Assembly: GCA_029933275.1 (NCBI GenBank)
Contig: JAOZOM010000001.1
Span: forward strand, 1 to 53,082
Direction: 5' to 3'
Length of the DNA: 53,082 bases
Source of the DNA: Anaerolineales bacterium
GTDB lineage: Bacteria; Chloroflexota; Anaerolineae; Anaerolineales; Villigracilaceae
This document shows positions 8,721 to 18,397 of this stretch, piece by piece. Below the pieces are notes generated by a model that made no database searches, had not been told where the DNA came from, and saw only the letters and a list, made by a program, of their open reading frames with translations. The translations under genes were made by a program, and so were the position numbers. Position 1 is the stretch's first letter. Every line of letters starts with the position of its first letter.

Positions 8721-11633
8721 ATGACTAAGCAAATTTTACAAAAACCATCATCAGAAGAATCTACTATCAGTAGGCAAACACGTAATGCTTTCTTCACAGC
8801 TATTATATTCGTACTTGCCTCTTTGATTAATTTTGCTGTTTCAGCCACCGTAAGTCTATCTTCAAAAATGATAGTCTCCTATCTAGATTCTGTTGTTACT
8901 TTTTCTTTTTTCATAATAACAATCATTAGCACCTTTCTTATTCGAAAAGGGAAAAAAGAAAAAGGTGTTTGGCTACTCATCATTTCCTTTGTGCTTACCT
9001 TAGCTTTACGCAATGCCCTTACCACTAATTTAGATAAGGTTCTTGGTATTTTAGCTCTTACGACAATCCCCCTCATTGGGATGCTGACTCTAAAACCAGA
9101 AAAATTCAATCTCACTTTAATAACGGGGATTTTCTCTAGTTCTTTTTACGTTGCTTTTAATATTCTTGCATCCCGCTATTTACCACCCTATCGCCAACTT
9201 TCAGAAGATGTTCCGACAATGGTAAGGACTATTACAATTGCTGTTATTGTCATTTCGCTGATTTTTATCATCACTCTCTATCAACAGCACCGCTTTCTGC
9301 TTATCTCATCAAAAATAACTTTGGTGATGGTTTTCTTTGTGCTCTTTCCCATTCTCTTACTCAGTATGGTAGGAGCCGTATCTCTAAGAAAATCTCTAGC
9401 ACCTCGCCAAGAAGTAGAGATGCACATCAAAGCTGCATTTGTTGCAGACAGCGTTGACGTTTTTATTCGAATGAATAAAAATGAAATTAGAGCCAATAGC
9501 CAAATTTCTATTTTTGAAGAATATCTTTCTCTTCCCGATGACGCATCCAATATTGACGAGATAGAGAAACAAGTTTTTGATAACTTATATTCCTTACGCC
9601 GAAAAAACATATCACAAATTAGCTCTTATGCCATTTTAGATATTTCTGGAAAAAACCTCCTTGATACTACTTCTGAAAATATAGGGAATGATGAAAGTGA
9701 GACAAATTATTTCATCCAAACCCAAAGAACTGGTTTACCTTTTGTTTCAGATATTATCAGAGACCCTACTTCTAATAATTATTTTCTATACTTTAGTGCG
9801 CCCATATACAGTGCAACCACTGGAGAAATGATCGGCATTATCCGCTCAGAATATCGTATCTCTGCTCTGCAAGAATATATCAATAATTATATGGAGATAG
9901 AAGAAGCTAATGATAAAAAGATTTTTGTAGCTCTCCTAACCGAGAAAGAAGTGACTCCAATAGACGATAAAGACCCTTCATCTGTTTATCTTATCTTGAG
10001 AAATAGTGAAAACCCAGATTTCAATCTAAAATCAATCACGCCTCTCACAACCAATATCATCACCCCCTTACAAATTACACACCTTCTCCCTAGCGGGAGT
10101 ACGGCTCAATTATCTTTAGAAGTACCTGACTTTGATGAAGGTTTGCGTAACCGTTCGGTCGCCTCTGTTTTTGAAGCACAAGCATTTCCTAGAGAAAATA
10201 AATTTAATGCCCTTCAAGACGTAATCGCAACCGCCGATATTACAGAGGCTTCTCTCCCCTGGATTATTGTTATTTCTCAAGACCTCAAAACATTCAATGC
10301 ACCTTTCCAGCGACAAAATAACACAAACACACTCCTAGCCATTCTCATCGCCATCACCGCTGCTGTTTTAGCCTATTTTGGGAGTTCATATCTCACAAAA
10401 CCTCTTTTATATCTCGCCAACACAGCTGAGCAAGTAGCAAAGGGAGATTTGGGCGCACGCGCAAAAGTGAATAGCGAAGATGAACTCGGCATATTGGGCA
10501 ATGCTTTCAATAGCATGACAGACCAACTCAACGCCTTAATTACAACACTTGAAGATCGCGTTACGGAACGTACCCAAGACCTAGAGAGAAGCTCTCAGCA
10601 TCTTCGCGCAGCGGTTGAAGTTGGCAAAGCAGCCGCATCCTTACGAAGTCTTGACGAGTTACTTTCTCAAACAACCGAACTGATTAATAAACAATTTGGT
10701 TTCTATCACGCAGGCATCTTTCTGATTGACACCTACGGAAAATATGCTGTGCTTAAAGCGGCAAATAGCAGTGGAGGACGTAGAATGCTCGCCCGCGCGC
10801 ATAAACTCAAAGTCGGAGCAGAAGGTATTGTAGGATACGTTACCCAGACCGGAGAAGCCCGTATCGCTCTTGACGTTGGACAGGATGCCGTTTTCTTTAA
10901 CAACCCTGACCTCCCACAGACTCGCTCCGAAATGGCTCTCCCCCTCATCGCCGGTGGAAAGATTCTTGGTGCGCTAGATATTCAAAGCACAGAAGGTGAA
11001 GCTTTTACAGAGGAAGATACAATCACCTTGCAGGTTTTGGCAGATCAAATTGCAATTGCCATCGAAAATGCTCGTCTCTTTGAAGAAAGCCGAAAGACTC
11101 TAGTAGCAACCCAACGAGCTTATGGCGAGCAAAGCCTTATCGGTTGGCAAGAACTCATTCATCAAGAGAAAAATTATGGCTATCGCAGCAGTAGCGATGG
11201 CAATATTTACCCTATACAAGAAAAAACTAACGAAACTCTCGCTCAAACAATAGAAGAAAATCAAACCAATCTTGACGAAAATGATTTGGTTGCCAATATC
11301 CCCATTACAGTTCGAGGAAAAGCTGTTGGCGCGATTCGCTTAGTAAAGCCAGATAATGCCCAATTATGGACGCAACAAGATTTAGCCTTGGCAGAAGTAC
11401 TAACCACTGAACTCAGCCGAGCTATGGATAGTGCGCGTCTCTTTGATGAGACGAGACAGCAAGCTGATCGAGAACGCGTTGTTGGTGAAATTGCCAATAA
11501 AATGCAAGAAACAATGAACGTAGAATCAGTTGTTCGCTTAGCGGCTGACGAACTCTATAAACTACTAGACCTAGAACTAATTACCATTTATCTTAACGCT
11601 GAAGATGATAAAGGAAAAGAGGAGACCGCATGA
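8721..11633 (+). CDS. Sensor S4: polytopic N-terminus - large Cache-like ectodomain - TM - HAMP - S-helix - GAF - truncated-GAF tail; no transmitter
   Basis: Hydrophobic segments span aa ~20-215. The ectodomain has a dCache-like stretch (YFIQTQRTGLPFVSDII...YFLYFSAPIYS..GEMIGIIRSEY). A TM helix sits near aa 545-565. HAMP DELGILGNAFNSMTDQL, S-helix VTERTQDLE and GAF FGFYHAGIFLIDTYGKY...FFNNPDLPQTRSEMALPL...LGALDIQS are present. The tail reads DSARLFDETRQQADRERVVGEIANKMQE... Confidence 0.85.
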   Translation: MTKQILQKPSSEESTISRQTRNAFFTAIIFVLASLINFAVSATVSLSSKMIVSYLDSVVTFSFFIITIISTFLIRKGKKEKGVWLLIISFVLTLALRNALTTNLDKVLGILALTTIPLIGMLTLKPEKFNLTLITGIFSSSFYVAFNILASRYLPPYRQLSEDVPTMVRTITIAVIVISLIFIITLYQQHRFLLISSKITLVMVFFVLFPILLLSMVGAVSLRKSLAPRQEVEMHIKAAFVADSVDVFIRMNKNEIRANSQISIFEEYLSLPDDASNIDEIEKQVFDNLYSLRRKNISQISSYAILDISGKNLLDTTSENIGNDESETNYFIQTQRTGLPFVSDIIRDPTSNNYFLYFSAPIYSATTGEMIGIIRSEYRISALQEYINNYMEIEEANDKKIFVALLTEKEVTPIDDKDPSSVYLILRNSENPDFNLKSITPLTTNIITPLQITHLLPSGSTAQLSLEVPDFDEGLRNRSVASVFEAQAFPRENKFNALQDVIATADITEASLPWIIVISQDLKTFNAPFQRQNNTNTLLAILIAITAAVLAYFGSSYLTKPLLYLANTAEQVAKGDLGARAKVNSEDELGILGNAFNSMTDQLNALITTLEDRVTERTQDLERSSQHLRAAVEVGKAAASLRSLDELLSQTTELINKQFGFYHAGIFLIDTYGKYAVLKAANSSGGRRMLARAHKLKVGAEGIVGYVTQTGEARIALDVGQDAVFFNNPDLPQTRSEMALPLIAGGKILGALDIQSTEGEAFTEEDTITLQVLADQIAIAIENARLFEESRKTLVATQRAYGEQSLIGWQELIHQEKNYGYRSSSDGNIYPIQEKTNETLAQTIEENQTNLDENDLVANIPITVRGKAVGAIRLVKPDNAQLWTQQDLALAEVLTTELSRAMDSARLFDETRQQADRERVVGEIANKMQETMNVESVVRLAADELYKLLDLELITIYLNAEDDKGKEETA

Positions 11634-13294
11634 TATCTCTCCCGACCTCCCAACCACAGAAAAATCCAGACGCTATAAAAGTTTGGCAGGAAACCGTTTT
11701 TAATAACATCGCAAAATTTATCGGCATTGCGGGAAGCGCAGTTTACTTAATCTATGTGGCTCTAAATTATCAAAAAACGAGTCCTGCACTTATCTTGGTT
11801 TATACAATTGCCTATTTGTTGGTTTTGGGAGCAGCCTTCGTCCTGCGCGTACCCATGATGTATCGAGTGATAATTTTTGCCTCGATGGTTTTAGCTATTG
11901 GTATTTCTGCTTCACTTGAAAGTGCCGCTGTAGGCGATGGACGCATTTGGTTCATCTTATCTGCATTTTTCGCTGTAGCTTTTTTGGGGCGAAGAGCTGG
12001 ATTATTTTTCGTCTTCCTAATTTCTATTATCTGGGGAGTATTAGGTTATCTTTTTACCTCAGAAATCATCCCACAACCTGAAGTAGCGCAATACTCTTTC
12101 TCCATTTGGGGAGGGACTACAGTTACACTTTTCGCTGTTGCGTTGATTATAATTTTAACAATCAATGCTCTTTTGGTTAACCTAGGTCAAAATATAGAAA
12201 AAAGCGATGCCTTAGCACAAAAATCTAAAGAACAAGCACGGCAAGTCGAAACACAAAAAATAGCCCTAGAACGACGGGCAAATGCTCTAGAAGCATCTGC
12301 TCGAATTAGCCGTCAGATAGCCTCTATAACCTTGCATCAAGATATATTGAATGAAGCACCAAAGCTTTTTCGTGAAGAATTTTCTTTGAACAGCGTCTCT
12401 ATTTTCTTGTTGAATACAGAAAATATGCTTCGGTTGACATCCTGTAGTGGTTGGAATGAGCAAGCCAAACCCACGCGTGACTACGTCCTATCCCTTGATA
12501 AAGATATCGCGGGGATGGCTATCCTAAATGATCGAGCTTATTCCGATACCGATACCGAAGTCAAATTAGAAGTAGCTCTTCCTGAAACACAATCTTATTC
12601 CGTTATTCCACTGCGTGGACGTGATAAAACGCTCGGCGTTTTTATTTTACAAAGTGAATCTCCCTCAGCTTTTGGCGCAGAACGTCTTTCTATTTTACAG
12701 ATGCTTGTCAATCACGTTGCTATCCTTCTTGAAAATGCCGATTTATTAGTGCAAAAAGAACATGCCTTAGAAGCCGAAAGACGTGCTTATGGAGAAATTG
12801 CTCAAACAGATTGGAAAGATTTTATAAAGTCTCAAAATTATGCCGGTTATAGGCGGGACGAGAAAGGTCTGACACTCACTTCTACTAAACCGTATCTTCC
12901 GGAAGAGAAACGGGTAGAAGCTGAACAGGTTCCTATTAGAATTCGAGGCAAAATTATCGGGCATATTGATGCGCACAAAGCTAAAAATAGAGCTTGGACT
13001 GCCTCTGAAAAAGAGTTGCTGCATATTTTAGCTTCACGCTTGGAAACAGCGATGGATAGTGCGCGTCTTTATCAAGATTCGCAACAACGAGTTGAACGAG
13101 AGCGGATTATTAGTGAAACCTCTGCCCAAATACGAGAAAGTTTAGATATTGAAAGCGTGCTTGAAACAGCTGCTCGTGAATTGAGAAACGCTTTGGATCT
13201 CTCAGAAGCAGAAATTTGGATCAATGCAGAAAATATACAAGGAATGGATAACACACCATCCATAAACCTCGAGAAAGAAGATAAAAAATCGTGA
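11630..13294 (+). CDS. Sensor S5: polytopic membrane domain (GDGRI motif type) - coiled coil - divergent GAF - truncated-GAF tail; no transmitter
   Basis: ATGA overlap with the S4 stop. The membrane domain shares VGDGRIWFILS with S3. The GAF is divergent (FSLNSVSIFLLNTENM...LPETQSYSVIPL...LGVFILQS). The tail reads DSARLYQDSQQRVERERIISETSAQIRESLDIESVLETAARELR... Confidence 0.8.
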   Translation: MISLPTSQPQKNPDAIKVWQETVFNNIAKFIGIAGSAVYLIYVALNYQKTSPALILVYTIAYLLVLGAAFVLRVPMMYRVIIFASMVLAIGISASLESAAVGDGRIWFILSAFFAVAFLGRRAGLFFVFLISIIWGVLGYLFTSEIIPQPEVAQYSFSIWGGTTVTLFAVALIIILTINALLVNLGQNIEKSDALAQKSKEQARQVETQKIALERRANALEASARISRQIASITLHQDILNEAPKLFREEFSLNSVSIFLLNTENMLRLTSCSGWNEQAKPTRDYVLSLDKDIAGMAILNDRAYSDTDTEVKLEVALPETQSYSVIPLRGRDKTLGVFILQSESPSAFGAERLSILQMLVNHVAILLENADLLVQKEHALEAERRAYGEIAQTDWKDFIKSQNYAGYRRDEKGLTLTSTKPYLPEEKRVEAEQVPIRIRGKIIGHIDAHKAKNRAWTASEKELLHILASRLETAMDSARLYQDSQQRVERERIISETSAQIRESLDIESVLETAARELRNALDLSEAEIWINAENIQGMDNTPSINLEKEDKKS

Positions 13295-13319
13295 TACCCA
13301 TGGTTATAGGAAGATACCG

Positions 13320-15014
13320 ATGCGTAATTTGACGAGGAAGCTATTTACTCCACCCATTTTTGAAGAAGATGAGGATAAAACTCGTTCGGCTGAGTTGCTT
13401 AATGCTATTTTATTCAGCGGATATTTATTCATTATTCTTATTTTGGTCGCTCTGTTGGTTGGTGATGCCCCGATCAATATGATTGTTATTATCACAATTC
13501 TTCTTTTCTCTGTCTTCGTCTTACACCTTTTCTTACGAAAAGGCTACGTTCAAGAAACAAGCATTATTCTTGTCGTTTTTATGACCTTAGCATTAACCGT
13601 CACAATAGCAATTGGAGGTTCTATCCGCGCTGCCTCTATTTCATTTTATATTCTAGCAAGTATCGTCAGCGGTTTACTCATTAGCACGCAAGCTCTTTAT
13701 TGGTCTGCCTTTGTTAATACAATCATTGTTTTTATCTTGCTTTGGGCAGAAAATACAGGAAACCTCCCAGACGCAACATACGCTCCCAGCCTCCAACCGG
13801 GGATTATATTTGCAGCAGCCTCAATGATGACGGCTCTTTTGCTTAGCCTAGCCCTTAATAGATTAAACCAAGCTCTACGCCGAGTAAAACGCGAAAAAGA
13901 ACTTGCAATACGTAATCTTGATTTAGAAAAACGTGTAAAAGAACGCACTGCCGAATTGGAAAGAAATTCCTCTTATCGGGAAAGTGCCGCCGAAGTTAGC
14001 CGAGCAATCGCCTCACTCATTGATACAGATGAACTCATCTGGCAAGTTGTAAATTTGATTAAGGAACGCTTTAATCTTTATTATGTGGGTCTCTTTCTTG
14101 TAGATTCAAGTGAAAAATGGGCAATCCTGAGAGCAGGCACGGGAGAAGCTGGTAAAGCGATGCTAGAAAATGAACATCGTCTCAAAATTGGCGAAGGCAT
14201 GATTGGATGGTGTATAGCCAATGCCAAAGCTAGGATTGCCCTAGACGTTGGCGAGGATGCTGTTCGCTTTGACAACCCTCATTTACCAGAAACTCATTCC
14301 GAGGGAGCATTGCCGCTTCGCTCGCGGGGACAGGTGCTCGGCGCACTGACAATTCAGAGCCGTGAAAAGGCAGCTTTCACCTCCGAAATTATCACCATTC
14401 TCCAAACAATGGTTGATCAAATAGCCATTGCGATTGACAACGCACAGTTATTAGCACAAAACGAAGCCGCATTGAAAGCTGAACGCAAAGCTTACGGTGA
14501 ATTAAGCCGAGAAGATTGGCTCGAAATTCTACAAAGACAAAAAACATTCAGCTATCTCTCTAATGCGCCAAATAGCGTTTACCCCATTCAACATAAAAAA
14601 TCGTCCGAAACTCTACGAAATCTTCAAGAAAAGCGGTTTTTAGAAGATGATGGATTAACCGCATTCATCCCTATCAAAATTCGCGGATATTTACTCGGCG
14701 GTATCAGGTTACGCAAAGAAAAGAATATCTGGACAAAAGAGCAATTGGATCTGGCAGAAACTTTAGCTAGTCAAATTAGCATATCCTTAGAAAGCGCACG
14801 TCTTTTTGACCAAAGTCAACGCCGTGCTGTACGAGAACGTATTATTGGGCAAGCAGGAGCAAAAATGAGAGAAACGCTCAACATAGAAAGTGTCTTAGAA
14901 ACAGCAGCAAAAGAATTACATAAAGCTCTCGGAGGCATGGAAACTAAGGTTTGGATTGCACCAGAAAATGATGATAATTCAAAGCTTAGGTTTAAGAAGG
15001 AAAATCAATCATGA
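13320..15014 (+). CDS. Sensor S6: polytopic membrane domain (PPxFE motif type) - S-helix - GAF - truncated-GAF tail; no transmitter
   Basis: AGGAAG RBS at 13308-13313. The N-terminus LFTPPIFEEDEDKTRSAELLNAILF is followed by ~5 hydrophobic segments. S-helix VKERTAELE and GAF FNLYYVGLFLVDSSEKW...RFDNPHLPETHSEGALPL...LGALTIQS are present. The tail reads ESARLFDQSQRRAVRERIIGQAGAKMRETLNIESVLETAAKEL... Confidence 0.85.
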   Translation: MRNLTRKLFTPPIFEEDEDKTRSAELLNAILFSGYLFIILILVALLVGDAPINMIVIITILLFSVFVLHLFLRKGYVQETSIILVVFMTLALTVTIAIGGSIRAASISFYILASIVSGLLISTQALYWSAFVNTIIVFILLWAENTGNLPDATYAPSLQPGIIFAAASMMTALLLSLALNRLNQALRRVKREKELAIRNLDLEKRVKERTAELERNSSYRESAAEVSRAIASLIDTDELIWQVVNLIKERFNLYYVGLFLVDSSEKWAILRAGTGEAGKAMLENEHRLKIGEGMIGWCIANAKARIALDVGEDAVRFDNPHLPETHSEGALPLRSRGQVLGALTIQSREKAAFTSEIITILQTMVDQIAIAIDNAQLLAQNEAALKAERKAYGELSREDWLEILQRQKTFSYLSNAPNSVYPIQHKKSSETLRNLQEKRFLEDDGLTAFIPIKIRGYLLGGIRLRKEKNIWTKEQLDLAETLASQISISLESARLFDQSQRRAVRERIIGQAGAKMRETLNIESVLETAAKELHKALGGMETKVWIAPENDDNSKLRFKKENQS

Positions 15015-16162
15015 AACTCAAAACAAGATCATTTTTCGCATTAATCGTAATCCTGTTTTCTAGCATCCTATCAGCTTGCACCACAGCAGAGAAAGAAATT
15101 TCTGAAATCAGAATCGGGGTCATCGCACCAATTACTGGGGCAATTTCTACCGTAGGAAAATCCACGGTTAATGCTGCTGAACTAGCCGTGAGAGAAATAA
15201 ATGAAAATGGTGGTTTAACTATCAATGATGCAAAATATAAAATCACGCTCATTATTGTTGATAATCAAGATAATGAACAAGAGACTGCCGCTGCGGTTCA
15301 AAAATTGATTAACCAAGATAATGTTGTCGCTATTATCGGACCGCAAGCTAGCCGAAACGCGATTCCAGCCGCTAATATCGCTGAAAATGCGGGCATTCCA
15401 ATGATCAGCCCGTGGTCAACAAATCCTGCCACAACAGCAGGGAAAAGCTATGTCTTTCGCGTCGCCTTTATCGATTCGTTTCAAGGACAAGTAATGGCAC
15501 GGTTTACCTTTGAAGAGTTTGGTGGGGAAAAAATTGCCGTGCTTTACGATATAGCCAGTGATTACAATAAAGGTATCGCTGAGATCTATAAAAAGATTGT
15601 TGAAGATGCGGGTGGAAAAATCGTTGCCTTCGAATCTTATACAACAGGAGAAGAAGATTTTAGCGAACAGCTTCAACGCATAAAAGACAGTGGAGCAACC
15701 CTTCTCTTTTTACCCAATTATTACAACGAAGTACCTCAGCAAGTCCAACAAGCAAAAGAATTAGGAATCACCGCTACCTTTATTGGGAGCGATGCGTGGA
15801 GCGGCATTCCGGAAGAAGATCTCGATTTACTTGAGGGAAGTTTCTTTAGTACACATTATTCCCCTGATATTGCCAATGAAGCTGCTCAAATTTTTATCCA
15901 ATCCTATCAACAAAGCTACAATGTAGTTCCCGACGATGTTGCCGCATTGACCTACGATGCGTTCGGTCTGCTTTTTCAAGCTATCCAAACACAAGATGAG
16001 GCAAACCCAGAGGCTATTCGAGCTGGTTTAGCCGCAACAGAGGCTTATTCTGGCATCACGGGAACAATGGAATATCGAGGTACAGGTGACCCAATTAAGA
16101 GCGCAGTTATTTTGAAAATAGAAAATGGACAGTTTGTATTTTACAAACAAGCCAGCCCCTAA
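15011..16162 (+). CDS. Type-1 periplasmic-binding-fold (LivJ/LivK-like) solute-binding lipoprotein
   Basis: ATGA overlap with the S6 stop. The signal peptide carries the lipobox LSAC (Cys23). IRIGVIAPITGA...GKS..NAAELAVREINENGG...IIGPQASRNA is typical of the PBP1 branched-chain-amino-acid/amide binding family. No permease or ATPase genes are adjacent. Confidence 0.85.
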   Translation: MKLKTRSFFALIVILFSSILSACTTAEKEISEIRIGVIAPITGAISTVGKSTVNAAELAVREINENGGLTINDAKYKITLIIVDNQDNEQETAAAVQKLINQDNVVAIIGPQASRNAIPAANIAENAGIPMISPWSTNPATTAGKSYVFRVAFIDSFQGQVMARFTFEEFGGEKIAVLYDIASDYNKGIAEIYKKIVEDAGGKIVAFESYTTGEEDFSEQLQRIKDSGATLLFLPNYYNEVPQQVQQAKELGITATFIGSDAWSGIPEEDLDLLEGSFFSTHYSPDIANEAAQIFIQSYQQSYNVVPDDVAALTYDAFGLLFQAIQTQDEANPEAIRAGLAATEAYSGITGTMEYRGTGDPIKSAVILKIENGQFVFYKQASP

Positions 16163-16175
16163 TGGAGGTTTCCTC

Positions 16176-18383
16176 GTGATTGAACGCATGATGAATTTTT
16201 GGCAAGGCAGTATCAAAACACGCCTAATCGGCTATTTCATGTTGCTTGCCCTTACTATAGCCAGCGTAGGACCCTTCCTCACCTTTACTTACTCGAAAAA
16301 AGCATTAGAAACATCGGTAATTAATCGTTTACACACCGCAACCACCCTAAAAGAGTCTGAATTAAATCGCTGGGTCTCTGACCGTGAAAAGGATATAACA
16401 CTTTTATCGCAAGAACCTGCATTACTTATTCAAGCAGAAATTCTACTCTCAGCGAAAACCTCTGATCCTTTCTACTCTCCCTCTTATCAAAATTTATCCG
16501 CTTATTTTCAAAACATTCTAAACTATAACGATAATTTTTCTGAAATCTTTCTTCTTACTGACGTAGGGGGAAAAATTGTCTTATCAACAAACCATGAACA
16601 AGAAGGAGAATATCGCGTTACCGATAAATATTTCACCGAAGGTCGTCTTGCACTCTACTCGCAACATATTTACCCTTCTCCAACGACCGGTAAACCGATT
16701 ATGACCATTGCCATTCCCGTTATCAACAGAAATGGTCAACATATTGGCGTTTTAGCAGCAAATCTCAATATGAAAAAACTAGATGAAATTATTCTCGAGC
16801 GGGCTGGATTAGGGAAAAGCGGCGAAACTTATCTCGTTGATCGATTTAATAGCTTTGTATCCGCAACAAAATATGGAGAAAACAAATTTCCACGTGGAGT
16901 CCATACAACAGGAATTGACGCAGCCCTCTCAGGAGAAGATGGAGCAGGACTATATCTAAACTATGAAGATATTCCTGTTGTAGGTGTTTATCAATGGGTG
17001 GACGGACAAGAAATTGCTCTCCTGGCAGAAATTAGTCAAGACGAAGCCTTCGCTCTTGCCCGAGAGTTGACTTTAAAAATTCTACTAATCGGTTTGGCTT
17101 CAGTCCTACTTGCAGGCGTTGGGGTCTACTTTGTTGCACAACAAATCACTCGCCCTATTCTTGCAATCACAGCAACAGCAACAGAAATTGCAGGTGGAGA
17201 CCTTAGCCAATCTGCGCCAGTACTCACAAAAGATGAAATCGGCATTTTAGCACAGTCTTTTAACAGCGTCACAACAAGAGTCAGAGAATTAATTAATACG
17301 CTCGAAGAGCGCGTCGAAGAACGTACCCGTGCGCTCAAACTGCATACAACTTATCTCAAAGGCGCAGCTGAGGTAAGCCGAGCCGCAGCAACATTCACCG
17401 ATTCTGAACAACTTTCCCGTCAAGTAGTCGAACTAATTCGAGAGTATTTTGATTTCTATTATGTTGGACTTTTCCTTGTTGATAAAAACAGAAAATATAC
17501 CATTTTAAAGGCAGGCTCAGGGAAAGAAGGCGAAAGAATGCTTGCCGAAAATTACCGTCTAAAAATTGATGAGGGGATGATTGGATGGGCAATTCAAAAT
17601 GAAAAACCGCGTATTGCTTCAGATATAAGCAAGGATACCGTTCGCAAAAACGACTCTGGTTTGTCTAAAACACGATCAGAAGCCGCATTGCCGTTACGCT
17701 CACGAGGACACGTATTTGGCGCACTAACGGTACAAAGCAATGAGGCAAATGCCTTCACATCGCAAATCATCACGACTCTGCAAACAATGGCAGACCAAAT
17801 CGCGGTCGCGTTCGATAACGCCGAGCTTCTTGCCAAAAGTGAAGCTGCTTTAGAGGCAGAACGGCGTGCCTACGGCGAATTTAGTAACCAATCTTGGCGA
17901 GCATTAATCCAAGCTGGTGAAATTCCAACTTATAAGGTCAATACAGAAGGAGTCACAGAGACAATTCCCCGCGAAGAAAACCCAGAAGAGATCAAAGCCA
18001 TCCACGAAGGAAAAATCATCCAAAAAGAGGACAAATCAATTTTACTCCCCATCAAAAGTCATGGGAAAGTTCTCGGTGGCATTCGCATTACACAAAAAAA
18101 CGAAAGCGAAAAATGGACAAAAGAACAAATTCAATTAGCCGAAACACTCGCTGAACAACTCAGTGTAGCCTTAGAAAGTGCCCGTCTCTTTGAAGAAACA
18201 CAACGCAAAGCGCAGCGAGAAGCAATTATCTCTGATATCTCCACAAAAATTGGTGCTTCTATTCAAATGGATTCCATCATTCAAACCACAGTCAAAGAAC
18301 TTGGCGATGCCCTAAACGTACCTGAAATTGCCTTTCGCTTAACAGGACCACAAAAATCCGATATGCAAAGTGAAGTTGCTTAG
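16176..18383 (+). CDS. Sensor S7: TM - Cache-like ectodomain - TM - HAMP - S-helix - GAF - truncated-GAF tail; no transmitter
   Basis: I prefer the GTG at 16176, which has GGAGG (16164-16168) 7 nt upstream. The ORF-track start at 16125 overlaps the preceding gene. Cache-like stretch SQHIYPSPTTGKPIMTIAIPV..NGQHIGVLAANLN...GETYLVD, HAMP DEIGILAQSFNSVTTRV, S-helix VEERTRALK and GAF FDFYYVGLFLVDKNRKY...LSKTRSEAALPL...FGALTVQS are present. The tail reads ESARLFEETQRKAQREAIISDISTKIG... Confidence 0.85.
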   Translation: MIERMMNFWQGSIKTRLIGYFMLLALTIASVGPFLTFTYSKKALETSVINRLHTATTLKESELNRWVSDREKDITLLSQEPALLIQAEILLSAKTSDPFYSPSYQNLSAYFQNILNYNDNFSEIFLLTDVGGKIVLSTNHEQEGEYRVTDKYFTEGRLALYSQHIYPSPTTGKPIMTIAIPVINRNGQHIGVLAANLNMKKLDEIILERAGLGKSGETYLVDRFNSFVSATKYGENKFPRGVHTTGIDAALSGEDGAGLYLNYEDIPVVGVYQWVDGQEIALLAEISQDEAFALARELTLKILLIGLASVLLAGVGVYFVAQQITRPILAITATATEIAGGDLSQSAPVLTKDEIGILAQSFNSVTTRVRELINTLEERVEERTRALKLHTTYLKGAAEVSRAAATFTDSEQLSRQVVELIREYFDFYYVGLFLVDKNRKYTILKAGSGKEGERMLAENYRLKIDEGMIGWAIQNEKPRIASDISKDTVRKNDSGLSKTRSEAALPLRSRGHVFGALTVQSNEANAFTSQIITTLQTMADQIAVAFDNAELLAKSEAALEAERRAYGEFSNQSWRALIQAGEIPTYKVNTEGVTETIPREENPEEIKAIHEGKIIQKEDKSILLPIKSHGKVLGGIRITQKNESEKWTKEQIQLAETLAEQLSVALESARLFEETQRKAQREAIISDISTKIGASIQMDSIIQTTVKELGDALNVPEIAFRLTGPQKSDMQSEVA

Positions 18384-18397
18384 CTAAGGAAAGAACC

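Noticed and set aside
16125-16175. Upstream extension of S7 given by the ORF track (MDSLYFTNKPAPNGGFL...).
   Set aside because: It overlaps the 3' end of the solute-binding protein gene by 38 nt in another frame. A GTG at 16176 with a GGAGG RBS 7 nt upstream is a much better start.
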